From an uncultured Gammaproteobacteria bacterium (GTDB lineage: Bacteria; Patescibacteriota; Microgenomatia; CAYXHB01; CAZYTL01), in NCBI GenBank assembly GCA_964650355.1, contig CAZYTL010000001.1, forward strand, positions 85,552-149,551: 64,000 nucleotides of DNA, read 5' to 3'. Numbering within the stretch: the first letter of the stretch is position 1; every line of letters begins with the position of its first letter. Positions 28,608-38,094 of the stretch are shown here, piece by piece. The notes under the pieces were generated by a model, which was given only the letters and a program-made list of their open reading frames with translations, was not told the DNA's origin and did no database searches. Position numbers and translations under genes: made by a program.

Positions 28608-29870
28608 ATGGCATTTAATACAGATGAGACCAAGAATCATTTGTTTTCCGGCTGGTGGAACGATGTGAGCAGAAAATTTCCCCAACCCGTACATCAAGAT
28701 CAATCAGCTCGGGAAATACTAACTACTGCTCGTCAAGAGGCGCGACCGGTAGCTTTATTAATGGTTGGTTGTTTAAATTGGAGACAGGCTGAGTACGATC
28801 CAGAAAATAATTGGATAACTGCGTTGGATTCCCAAAACAAAAGACTTCAAGCCACCAGGGATCGGATTGCCAGTTTAGTATCTGGGTTACATTCCTTTGG
28901 AATTCCCACTCAACAATTTTTAAGCTTATCTCGCTTAGAAGCTGAGACTCTTACCTTAGGTACTCTGGGAAAGAGTGTCGTTAACACTCCCGAAGAGATC
29001 AGGGCGGTTCAAGAAAAGAGCATCGATACTGCTCATCAACTTTTCGCTGAACGGGGAGTAGCCGTCACTTTTATAGATGATACACAAGTGTTTATGCGTG
29101 AACATCATGCTGATAGCATCTCGACACTGCAAGAAAGGCTCATAGGTGATGGGGACGGTATAAGTGGCTTTTATACCGGTATGTATGAAAGTTTAGTAAG
29201 ACATCTTCCTCCAGAAGCACTTAGTAAGACCATGGAACAGACAGATCAGACTCCAGCAGGCATTATCTGGCTAGATCTAATGTCACCTCTTGCCGGACCT
29301 CATAGAGCCGAACTTTTGGACATGGGAACACGGTATAGACCAGAAATGCCAATTATTACTCCTTCCGCCAACTCGGGTAAGTGGTGGACACCTAGGACTA
29401 GAGAAGCAATGTTTCCCGACAAACTAGATTTTATTGGCCGCAGGCTAGGAATATCTACCTATCCGGGAGCTTCTATTGGGGAAGAAGATCTTATTAGAAT
29501 AATTCCTAAATTAGGAAGAACCAAACTAGCAAGATTTTTCGATGTTCCAAGGGATCAAATCAACAGAGGGGATGCTATCGACAGAATCTTTGAAATATCA
29601 GGGGTCAGAAACTCAGCTCAAGAAGCAACGCCTGATGACGCTCCGTACACCGCAGAACCTGGCGACAATATCCTTGGTGTTTACAAAGAAGTTACCGGAA
29701 AAAGTACCAATCATACGATTAAAGATCTCCGTAGGGGTATTTGGGCAGAAATACCTGTTGATGGAAATCCAGAGAGGAAACTAATTAAGGATGGTCGGAT
29801 CCCTGTTCAGCCGGGAATGAGACTAAATACCGGTAGAAACCAATGGACTTTGATTAACTTTCCAGAATAA
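28608..29870 (+). CDS. Unnamed enzyme (CxxW family) with possible C-terminal S4-like domain
   Basis: Aligns by eye to the 32941-33999 protein; C-terminus resembles the TyrRS S4 domain; the ORF is solid, the function is unknown. Confidence 0.6.
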   Translation: MAFNTDETKNHLFSGWWNDVSRKFPQPVHQDQSAREILTTARQEARPVALLMVGCLNWRQAEYDPENNWITALDSQNKRLQATRDRIASLVSGLHSFGIPTQQFLSLSRLEAETLTLGTLGKSVVNTPEEIRAVQEKSIDTAHQLFAERGVAVTFIDDTQVFMREHHADSISTLQERLIGDGDGISGFYTGMYESLVRHLPPEALSKTMEQTDQTPAGIIWLDLMSPLAGPHRAELLDMGTRYRPEMPIITPSANSGKWWTPRTREAMFPDKLDFIGRRLGISTYPGASIGEEDLIRIIPKLGRTKLARFFDVPRDQINRGDAIDRIFEISGVRNSAQEATPDDAPYTAEPGDNILGVYKEVTGKSTNHTIKDLRRGIWAEIPVDGNPERKLIKDGRIPVQPGMRLNTGRNQWTLINFPE

Positions 29871-29872
29871 AT

Positions 29873-30907
29873 ATGAATACCAAATTAATTACTGACATTA
29901 GAGATCTGCTAATCAAGATGAAACTTGAGGCTGTGGTCATTTATTCGGGGAGCTCTGACGATCGTTTTATGAAAGCCATCGCTGGAACGCCGTCATTATT
30001 AGAAGATTACGTTTTAATTACACCTAAAAACGCTTTCATTTCTGAGCCAAGATATATAACGGCTTATACCAGACGCAAAACCACAATCCCTATTTTGGAT
30101 GCTCCAAGCGAAAGACAACTTATAGAACCCTTGATCGCCGTTATCGGAGGTCACAAAAATATTGGGATTGCAGGGAGTTGTAGATATCAAGATATTGTCA
30201 GCCTTAAACCGAATCAAGTGACAGATATCACTTCCCAAATCAACAAATTGTTAAGACATAAATCCGACTCTTATATTAAAAAACTAAAAAAGTTAGCCAA
30301 AAGTACTTCTCGAATAATGGAATCTCTCGCGATTAAAACAGGCGATCAACAATCAAAAATTGCTCAAAAGCTACACACCGCAGCTATTGAGTTAAATGGT
30401 GATTTAGCTTTTCCGATCTGTATCACCAGTGGCCGTGATCTGGAAACTAGTACCAGTACTCCTGCTAGTGCAAAAGTAATAAGAAAAAACGACGCTGTTT
30501 GTATTGATATGGGGATAAAGAGCGACATTTATGCCACCGACTGCACCAGAATGTATTTTATTAACCATCCGAACAAGAAAGCCCTCTATTTAGGAATCGT
30601 TAAAGCTCATAACGAAATTATAGATAATTTCATCAGACCTGAGAGGACTTTCAGAGAAATTATTGATGAGTATCACAGAAAATTTAAAAACCACCGCCAT
30701 ATTAAAGAAATTAGAGAGTTAGGTATTGGACATGGTATTGGCTATGGGCTTCATGAATATCCTGAAATTGCAGAAGTAGATAAAGAACCCGTGGGTACAA
30801 ATATTGTCTTCACCCTAGAGCCGACTTTTATCACTACCATGGGAAGATTTAGAGTTGAAGACATGATCAGCGTTGATTCTCAGGGGGTAGTTAGCAAGTT
30901 AACTTAA
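29873..30907 (+). CDS. M24 (Xaa-Pro-type) metallopeptidase
   Basis: IDMG...ATDCTR, GHGIGYGLHE, TLEP, RVED. Confidence 0.9.
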   Translation: MNTKLITDIRDLLIKMKLEAVVIYSGSSDDRFMKAIAGTPSLLEDYVLITPKNAFISEPRYITAYTRRKTTIPILDAPSERQLIEPLIAVIGGHKNIGIAGSCRYQDIVSLKPNQVTDITSQINKLLRHKSDSYIKKLKKLAKSTSRIMESLAIKTGDQQSKIAQKLHTAAIELNGDLAFPICITSGRDLETSTSTPASAKVIRKNDAVCIDMGIKSDIYATDCTRMYFINHPNKKALYLGIVKAHNEIIDNFIRPERTFREIIDEYHRKFKNHRHIKEIRELGIGHGIGYGLHEYPEIAEVDKEPVGTNIVFTLEPTFITTMGRFRVEDMISVDSQGVVSKLT

Positions 30908-30912
30908 AATAT

Positions 30913-31869
30913 ATGACAATTACAACATCCGAAACGCGGCGATTTCGAGGGCTTCAATGGGAGTTAGCGCCCCCTATAGGGGATAACGGTGCTGGCAAAG
31001 TGAACACTTTACCAGAGAGTACTATCGGCTATCTTGCTGACCAAATTGATGCCAGATTTACATTACCGGGAAGTGCAAAAGGGGGATTACAAAATTTAGA
31101 CAGATTACGTTTACTTGGTGACCGTTTACCTGTAACAGTCGTACTTTGCCCCTTGTACTTAAAAGCAGGTGGATTTGTAACTAGAGAGTCAGGTTTAACC
31201 ATCGAAGACAGCCGAATAGGAATAAAATGGCGGGAACAAGAAAAGATGTTAGATTTACTTGGCGCGGTAACTGAGAAGGAAGGTCTGAAATTAGATCCCA
31301 GATTTACTTTTGCCGATAGAGGAGTAATTGTTCCTGAAAGCCCAAATGGGAAGCTTGCCTCTATATTAGCCTATCATCAGGATCTTTATCAAAGTAGACT
31401 TGACGGCTTATTCCCAGAAGGTTATCAACTAGACACCTTTACCAGTTTAACAGACCAATACCCGACTATCGCGGGTGATTACCCCCGTTTTATAATTCCG
31501 GATGGAATACAAGACCAGAAGTACGTCCAAAGTCAAGAACCTACTACAATAGCTGCTCTTCAAGACTTAGTAGACAGAGGACTTGTTGAATCTAATGATG
31601 TATTCAGGGTTAATCCAGCAGGTGAGAAAGAATTACTAAAACGCGTTAGAAACCGCCTAAGAGGTTTAGTAAAGTTTGGTGGATATAATCTGGCATTAGA
31701 ATTTGTCCGTCAATATCACACTTTCAACAATGCCCTTGTAGCATCTAATCCCGAACATGGTTTGCATACCTACTTTGAACGCGTTGATTATCTTCTGACT
31801 TCGATGAATACTTTGGCTCGGAGATCTCCTGCTGCCACTAATCCCCGAGTAGAAGTCCTCTGTAAATAA
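30913..31869 (+). CDS. Unnamed enzyme (CxxY family, remote member)
   Basis: VTVVLCPLY and FTFADRG strands resemble the neighbouring family; function unknown. Confidence 0.5.
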   Translation: MTITTSETRRFRGLQWELAPPIGDNGAGKVNTLPESTIGYLADQIDARFTLPGSAKGGLQNLDRLRLLGDRLPVTVVLCPLYLKAGGFVTRESGLTIEDSRIGIKWREQEKMLDLLGAVTEKEGLKLDPRFTFADRGVIVPESPNGKLASILAYHQDLYQSRLDGLFPEGYQLDTFTSLTDQYPTIAGDYPRFIIPDGIQDQKYVQSQEPTTIAALQDLVDRGLVESNDVFRVNPAGEKELLKRVRNRLRGLVKFGGYNLALEFVRQYHTFNNALVASNPEHGLHTYFERVDYLLTSMNTLARRSPAATNPRVEVLCK

Positions 31870-31918
31870 GTTGAGCAATCCATAGAATTCAAAAGGGGCG
31901 ACTAGAAAATAGATTAAA

Positions 31919-32944
31919 TTAGGTTATTTTTATAACTTCTTTCTTTGAATTGACCGCAATCATATCTTCAATTCTCATTCTGCCGTACGGGGTAATAAAA
32001 GTAGGCTCTAAAGTAAAAACTATATTCTTACCGATTTTCGAACTACCTGACTCCACATTTGGTTTTTCATGAAGTGCGAACCCTATCCCGTGTCCTAAAT
32101 CAGATTCCATCACTTCTTCAATCTGATGATATTTTTTTGAAAAACGACGATATCTTTGAATAGTTTCATCAAATCTTGTATTGCTTGTAAGGCTGTCAAT
32201 TACTTTATTGTGGATCCGAATTATTTGTTGATATAAGCTTTCAGCTTTTGGTTGATTAACAAAAAACATTCTTGTGAAATCAGTTGTATAAATTGAATAT
32301 TTAACTCCCATATCGATACAAATCATGTCTTTAGCTCCAATAATTTTATTACTCGCCAAACAACTGGTAGAAATTTTTATATCCTGGCCGCTGGTGATAC
32401 AAACAGGAAAAGCTAACTGTAAATTTCTGTTTATAACTTTCACCTGCAACCTTTTACTCAATTCCAATTGATTTATAGAAGAAACTACCTGGATAGACGT
32501 TAAAATCTTATTCGTAACTCTTGCATACCGTTTCAAGTTGTTAATATAATCATCACTTTTATATCTCACTACATCACTAGCACTAAGGTTTAAATCTATT
32601 GTTGATTTAGGTTCCAAACTAACTATATCTGGATATTTACAATTACCCACGATACCAATCAATTTGTTTGTCCCGATTATAGATTTAATACCATTGATCA
32701 CTTCATTTTCACCCTCTACTGAGACAATATTTAAAGTTGTCCTTTTTTTTAAATCAGCTACTAAATAACTCGCTTCTGAGATGCTTATACTATTAGCAGT
32801 AACCACCAGATAATTTTGCAATACTGAATAAGTACCACTAAGTGCTTTCATATACCTGTCGTCATATGCGTTAGCATAAACAACGATCGCGTCTAGTGTA
32901 TATTTTTTAAGCAGCCTTTGAAATTTTTGAATGTAATAATTCAT
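31919..32944 (-). CDS. M24 metallopeptidase, paralog of 29873-30907
   Basis: IDMG...TTDFTR, GHGIGFALHE, TLEP, RIED. Confidence 0.9.
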   Translation of the reverse strand: MNYYIQKFQRLLKKYTLDAIVVYANAYDDRYMKALSGTYSVLQNYLVVTANSISISEASYLVADLKKRTTLNIVSVEGENEVINGIKSIIGTNKLIGIVGNCKYPDIVSLEPKSTIDLNLSASDVVRYKSDDYINNLKRYARVTNKILTSIQVVSSINQLELSKRLQVKVINRNLQLAFPVCITSGQDIKISTSCLASNKIIGAKDMICIDMGVKYSIYTTDFTRMFFVNQPKAESLYQQIIRIHNKVIDSLTSNTRFDETIQRYRRFSKKYHQIEEVMESDLGHGIGFALHEKPNVESGSSKIGKNIVFTLEPTFITPYGRMRIEDMIAVNSKKEVIKIT

Positions 32945-33999
32945 AAGCCGTATTCACTAGCTTCATCAGCTATGGTTTCTAAAGATTTACCTAAATAAGG
33001 CACCTTTACTGCCCCGTCACTCAACAGTACAAGATTGTGAAAAGGTCTTAATATTGATGTTCTAGGTCGGGAACCACCATCAGGATAATCTAAATTATAC
33101 GCATAAAATTCCTTATGCCCAGGATTTAAAGGTCCCGGTATAGTATCTAACATGACTACGTCTCCCTTGTGTGTCAACTTTGTTCCAAACAAAGTATTAC
33201 TAAAGTCTTGGAGGTGATCGCCTGTTGCTGCAACTAATCCAAAATTTTCATCGACCACTCTCTGTATAATTTCTTCCCTTGTCGTGTACCCTCCCCAGGC
33301 ATATTGAAGCCATGAACCATCTGCTTCTACAGTAGTCCTTAGTAATCCTGCCCAGCGATTATCACCCTCAGCCATTATTCCTCTCAGCTGAGAATTCCAC
33401 CAATCCCAGTGATGATAAAAGCCATCAACTTGTACTTTGCTTTCTGGATGTGCAACAATATCCGTTAATTTTACAACCTTAGTAGACATAGGGATATCTC
33501 CATTAAAAGAACGCTGGGATAACCCGTGAGATAGTAAATTTGTGATAGTTTCAACGTTACGGCAGGTAGTTAAACGAATATGTTCTTTTAATTCTTCTGC
33601 TGATCTACCTCTATGGTCAAGATTTAATGGACTAAATAATTGCTCACTCATACCGACATCAACTAAAACTATTCCGAGATTAAACGGGATACCTAAGAGA
33701 TTTAAATCTAATAATCGACTGGGTAGTTCTTCATGTAATAATACATAACCACGCCTTAAACCATATCCAGAACTGTCCCACACCATTTCATTGTGAACGG
33801 TAGGTCTACGTACTCCATCTATTTGATAAGTTTCATAATTAGCACAAATAGGAGAAACTAATGGAGCTGGAATTCCAGACTCTGCGGCCTGGGTTAGTAT
33901 ACGCACCGCTTGATCAGGATATTCAAATCTCTCTTTGGAAAGAGACTCCTTTTGCCATCTTTGAATAACAGCTTCAATTTCTAGTTGTTTATTTGACAT
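32941..33999 (-). CDS. Unnamed enzyme (CxxY family)
   Basis: PLVSPICANY, IVLVDVG; homologous by eye to 28608-29870; 4-nt overlap with the peptidase. Confidence 0.6.
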   Translation of the reverse strand: MSNKQLEIEAVIQRWQKESLSKERFEYPDQAVRILTQAAESGIPAPLVSPICANYETYQIDGVRRPTVHNEMVWDSSGYGLRRGYVLLHEELPSRLLDLNLLGIPFNLGIVLVDVGMSEQLFSPLNLDHRGRSAEELKEHIRLTTCRNVETITNLLSHGLSQRSFNGDIPMSTKVVKLTDIVAHPESKVQVDGFYHHWDWWNSQLRGIMAEGDNRWAGLLRTTVEADGSWLQYAWGGYTTREEIIQRVVDENFGLVAATGDHLQDFSNTLFGTKLTHKGDVVMLDTIPGPLNPGHKEFYAYNLDYPDGGSRPRTSILRPFHNLVLLSDGAVKVPYLGKSLETIADEASEYGL

Positions 34000-34017
34000 A
34001 ATTAATGTTTATCCACT

Positions 34018-34042
34018 AAAAAAACCTCCTTTTAGGAGGTTT
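34018..34042 (-). terminator. Attenuator terminator of the Phe leader
   Basis: AAACCTCCT-AAA-AGGAGGTTT plus U-tract on the minus strand. Confidence 0.85.
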
Positions 34043-34099
34043 GTGATTTAATAATTGTGGTTTAGTTTTATTTATCTTCTGCCACAAACCTCCGCTTCT

Positions 34100-34150
34100 T
34101 TAGTTAAAGAAGAAAAAGAAGGTCTGGAAAGCAAAAGAGTTTGATTGCAT
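34100..34150 (-). CDS. Phe-rich leader peptide MQSNSFAFQTFFFFFN
   Basis: Hand translated, 7 Phe in 16 aa; pheL-like; complete attenuator pairing. Confidence 0.9.
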   Translation of the reverse strand: MQSNSFAFQTFFFFFN

Positions 34151-34176
34151 ACTGATCTGTAGACTTATTATGGGTG

Positions 34177-34204
34177 ATAATACTAGATTCGGAAACAGTG
34201 TCAA
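34177..34204 (-). promoter_or_regulatory. Sigma70-type promoter of the Phe unit
   Basis: TTGACA-N16-TATTAT. Confidence 0.7.
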
Positions 34205-34261
34205 GTATTAAAATTGACTTAAACGGCACTTAGACAATTATGTTTTTGAAATCTTTACACT

Positions 34262-34891
34262 TCAATTAATAAAAGTAAACAAATCTGATTCAGGGAACCT
34301 GATTTTGCTGGCCTTAGGCTCTGATTCACGATACCCGATGGCCAATAACACCACGGTCTGCAGGTGAGTTGGCGACTTTAACCACTTGGCTGTCAGATGA
34401 GGATTAAATCCTTCCAGCGGACAGCAATCGATCTCCAATTCCATACAAGCAGCCACGGCAAACCCCAAGGCAATATATGTCTGCTTGGCAGCCCAAGCCA
34501 ATTTTGCTTGATGGTCGTGAAAATTGACCTGCATGGCCGCTTGAGTACCCTTTTCCAGAGCAAGCTTTTTAAATCGATCCAAAAAATGCTCGCCTGCCTG
34601 GAGATTCACGTACTGAGTTACTCGGTGATGAAGATCAGTTCTGGCGCAAAACACCAGCAAATATTGACAGTCGCTCACCTGGGATTGCAGCCACGACCAT
34701 AATTTAATTTGTTTCTGCAGGTTGCGGTTGGATACCACATAAACGTGATAGGGCTGAATCCCGAATGAGCTGGGAGCGTATTGAATTGCCTTCAAAATCT
34801 GCAGCAAATCTTTCTTGGTGACTGGCTTTTTCCGGTCGAACTTTTTAGTGGCGAATCTCCAGTCTAGTTGACTTAAAAACAATTTAGGCAT
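34262..34891 (-). CDS. Nitroreductase family protein
   Basis: WRFATKKFD, APSSFGIQP, DCCPLEGF. Confidence 0.92.
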   Translation of the reverse strand: MPKLFLSQLDWRFATKKFDRKKPVTKKDLLQILKAIQYAPSSFGIQPYHVYVVSNRNLQKQIKLWSWLQSQVSDCQYLLVFCARTDLHHRVTQYVNLQAGEHFLDRFKKLALEKGTQAAMQVNFHDHQAKLAWAAKQTYIALGFAVAACMELEIDCCPLEGFNPHLTAKWLKSPTHLQTVVLLAIGYRESEPKASKIRFPESDLFTFIN

Positions 34892-34906
34892 GCAAAATCT
34901 GGTTAT

Positions 34907-36112
34907 TTACGATTTGAAAACCCGGTAAACCGCTCCGGCTTTATCATCGGAAATATAAAGGGTGCCCTGGTTATCAAACTCCAAATCCACCGGCCTTCCC
35001 AAGGCAGATGAACCTTGAAGGAATCCGGTGATAAAATCTTCGCTTCCTGAAATTTGATCTCCGTTCATCTTCAGACGCACTACCTTGTATCCGTCAGGCA
35101 CGGATCTATTCCAGGATCCGTGGTAAGCCACCAGCAAATCTCCCTGCCAGTCATCAGGCAATTGGGGAGAGTTGATAAACACCAACCCCAGAGGTGCTGA
35201 ATGGGCCGGGATGGCAAACACCGGAGGAATTTTGTCCGCACACGGATCTCGGATATAAGTATTTTTGTCAAACGCTGTGTCGTGAATATTGTTGCCGTAA
35301 CAAATTGGCCATCCGTAGTCTCCGTTTTGTTTAATTAAATTAATCTCGTCAGGGGGCAGGTTGTCGCCTAAAAAGTCCCGACCCATTTCCGTAGACCACA
35401 ACTCATTCCCTTGCTGATTAAAATTGATAAACACGGCGTTCCGTAATCCTTTGGCGTACAGTTGGGGAGTGGCCCCTTCTTGATCAGACACGATAATGGC
35501 AGCCAGGAATGGGTCTTTTTCATAACACACATCACAAGTCGACCCAATTGATACAAATAACCTGCCTTGACTATCAAAAGCCAATGATCTGGTAAAATGG
35601 CGTCCCCCCGAAGGTAAATCAAACAACTTTTTATCCAACCTTGCTTCCAGCAGATTTTCATCCCAGAAATATCTGCTCACCTTGGTTTCTTCAGCCACAA
35701 ATAACATCCCGTTAAAAAAGGCCAAGCCGTGAGGATTTCTTAATCCTGACAACGCCGTTTTGCTTTCATCAACCTCTCCGTTGTCGTCTTTGTCAGGCAA
35801 GGCCAGGACTTTTCCTGCCTTAGTTACCGAAACCAGTAATGTGCCTTGAGGCGACATTTGCAAATCTCTGGCCGGTCCCAAATCTTTCGCAAACACCGAA
35901 ATTCCCATTCCTTCAGGCAATCGCAAAGGAAAATTTACGGGCTGGCCCAAAGGTTGTTTCTTAGGTTGAACAGTCACTTGCTGGATGATTTCCGGCAAGG
36001 ATTTCTCAGGAGGCAACATCACCGGCCGTAAATCTCCTATTGACTGTTTCGCCCACCACCCTAGTCCGGCGATTAAAAATACTATCCCGAGAACCAATAA
36101 ATATCTTTTCAT
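34907..36112 (-). CDS. PQQ-dependent sugar dehydrogenase (glucose/sorbosone family)
   Basis: GLRNA, DYGWP, HSAPLGL, HGSWNR, GRPVD. Confidence 0.9.
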   Translation of the reverse strand: MKRYLLVLGIVFLIAGLGWWAKQSIGDLRPVMLPPEKSLPEIIQQVTVQPKKQPLGQPVNFPLRLPEGMGISVFAKDLGPARDLQMSPQGTLLVSVTKAGKVLALPDKDDNGEVDESKTALSGLRNPHGLAFFNGMLFVAEETKVSRYFWDENLLEARLDKKLFDLPSGGRHFTRSLAFDSQGRLFVSIGSTCDVCYEKDPFLAAIIVSDQEGATPQLYAKGLRNAVFINFNQQGNELWSTEMGRDFLGDNLPPDEINLIKQNGDYGWPICYGNNIHDTAFDKNTYIRDPCADKIPPVFAIPAHSAPLGLVFINSPQLPDDWQGDLLVAYHGSWNRSVPDGYKVVRLKMNGDQISGSEDFITGFLQGSSALGRPVDLEFDNQGTLYISDDKAGAVYRVFKS

Positions 36113-36176
36113 GACTGATTCTCATTATACAGGAGCGAATCATTTAACTTTTCCTGCACATCCATCATTAGCTTAC

Positions 36177-36193
36177 TCTCAGCTTTTTTTCAG
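36177..36193 (+). promoter_or_regulatory. Putative response-regulator box TCTCAG-N5-TTTCAG
   Basis: 11-bp direct repeat, 10 nt upstream of a TAnnnT hexamer. Confidence 0.65.
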
Positions 36194-36216
36194 CAAACTG
36201 ATATAATTTCAATTAA

Positions 36217-36894
36217 ATGCGCATACTAGTGGTCGAGGATGAGCACAAAATCGCCAACTCCATTAAAAAGGGCCTGGAACAGGAATCTATGGCCGTGGAC
36301 GTGGCCTATGACGGCGAGGAAGGGTTTGGCTTTGCCTCTACTGAGGAATATGATGTCATCGTTCTGGACCTGATGTTACCCAAGATGGACGGTTTAGAGA
36401 TTTGCCGACAGTTAAGGAAAGAAAACATCCACACTCCGATTCTCATGCTCACTGCCAAATCCCAGCTGGATGATAAAGTCACCGGTCTGAATGCCGGCGC
36501 CGATGATTATCTGGTTAAACCCTTTGCTTTCGCTGAACTATTAGCCAGAATCAGGGCGCTTGCCAGGAGGCCCAAGCGCCAACTGGATCCGGTGTTGACC
36601 GTCGGGGACCTAAATCTTAATCCCCTGACCTTCGAAGTCACCCGGGCAGGGAAAACTCTCAAACTATCTAGAAAAGAATTTGCCTTACTTGAATATCTGA
36701 TGCGCCACCCGGATCAAATTTTAACCAAAGACCAGATCATTAACCATGTGTGGAATTATGACGCTGACATCTTACCCAATACCGTGGAGGTCTATATCGG
36801 ATACTTAAGAAATAAAATCGATAAACCCTTTAAAAATAGTGAGGCCTTAATCCATACCGTCAGAGGGTTCGGGTATAAAATGTCATTAAAATAA
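36217..36894 (+). CDS. OmpR-family response regulator
   Basis: REC domain LDLMLP, GADDYLVKPF, wHTH TVRGFGY. Confidence 0.95.
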   Translation: MRILVVEDEHKIANSIKKGLEQESMAVDVAYDGEEGFGFASTEEYDVIVLDLMLPKMDGLEICRQLRKENIHTPILMLTAKSQLDDKVTGLNAGADDYLVKPFAFAELLARIRALARRPKRQLDPVLTVGDLNLNPLTFEVTRAGKTLKLSRKEFALLEYLMRHPDQILTKDQIINHVWNYDADILPNTVEVYIGYLRNKIDKPFKNSEALIHTVRGFGYKMSLK

Positions 36895-36942
36895 GAGAAC
36901 ACCAGATCACTGGATCAGGGTGTTTAATGATTTCCTATTTTT

Positions 36943-37974
36943 ATGTTTCATTCGGCCCGCATCAAACTTACTGCCTGGTATCTGCTGATCATCATGGTGA
37001 TTAGCCTGCTCTTCAGTGTGGTCATCTATGCCGGAGTATCCCGGGAATTAGAACGGGGTTTTCATCGCGTGGCCATCGGAATGCGCATGCCCGGATTCGG
37101 TTCTACTTTTCTTCAGTTGATGCCTGAACAATTTGCAGACATCAACGCTCAATTGGAAGAGGAACTGGAAGCGGCTAAACACAGAGTTATCTGGAATTTA
37201 GTAATCATCAACGGCTTCATTTTGGGATTTTCCGCGGCCGCCGGGTATGTTTTAGCCGGAAAAACCCTAAAACCGATCGAAACCGCTTTGGAAGAACAAA
37301 AAAGATTTGTGGGTGACGCTTCGCACGAATTGCGCACTCCTCTGACCGCTCTGAAAACCTCTATCGAAGTAGCCCTCAGAGACAAACACATGAACCTCAA
37401 ACAAGCCAAGGACACCCTTCACAGCAGTTTGGAAGATATTGATAGTCTGGAATCGCTCGCCAACAATCTCTTAAGTCTGACTCAATACCAAACCGGCCAC
37501 AATCACTTTGATTTCCAAGACGTGAATATCCGGGAGGTCATTCAAGATGCGGTGAAAAAAATCACTCCTTTGGCTAAGAAAAAAGGCATCGAGCTTAAAC
37601 TTGACCTCATTGACCAAACTATTCCTGCGAACAAACAAAGCTTAGACAAACTACTGCTCATCTTGCTGGACAATGCCGTCAAATACACCTCAAAAGGCGG
37701 TCAGGTTACCCTCAGCACTCAAACCAGGGGCAGATATCTGCTCCTGAAAATCAAAGACACCGGCATGGGCATTTCCCAGCAGGACCTGCCCCATATTTTT
37801 GACCGGTTTTACCGAGCGGACCAATCGCGATCCAAACATCAGGTATCTGGATTTGGCTTAGGCTTGTCTCTGGCCAAACAAATCGTCCACCTCCATAAAG
37901 GTTTCATTAAAGCTGATAGCCTAGTAAACAAAGGCACTACCTTCACCATCAAATTGCCTCTTCACCACTCGTAA
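36943..37974 (+). CDS. Sensor histidine kinase
   Basis: DASHELRTP, LLDNAVKY, DTGMGI, GFGLGLS; two TM segments. Confidence 0.95.
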   Translation: MFHSARIKLTAWYLLIIMVISLLFSVVIYAGVSRELERGFHRVAIGMRMPGFGSTFLQLMPEQFADINAQLEEELEAAKHRVIWNLVIINGFILGFSAAAGYVLAGKTLKPIETALEEQKRFVGDASHELRTPLTALKTSIEVALRDKHMNLKQAKDTLHSSLEDIDSLESLANNLLSLTQYQTGHNHFDFQDVNIREVIQDAVKKITPLAKKKGIELKLDLIDQTIPANKQSLDKLLLILLDNAVKYTSKGGQVTLSTQTRGRYLLLKIKDTGMGISQQDLPHIFDRFYRADQSRSKHQVSGFGLGLSLAKQIVHLHKGFIKADSLVNKGTTFTIKLPLHHS

Positions 37975-38000
37975 ATACCAGAATAGGAGCCAGAATCTCT

Positions 38001-38017
38001 TCTAAGCGTTTTCTCAA
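38001..38017 (+). promoter_or_regulatory. Putative response-regulator box TCTAAG-N5-TCTCAA
   Basis: Same spacing, 10 nt before TATATT. Confidence 0.55.
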
Positions 38018-38094
38018 TTTGCTTGGGTATATTCACAACAGGTTTCCCAATCACTGATCATTAACAGCATTTTCCAGAACGGAGGTGAATATAC

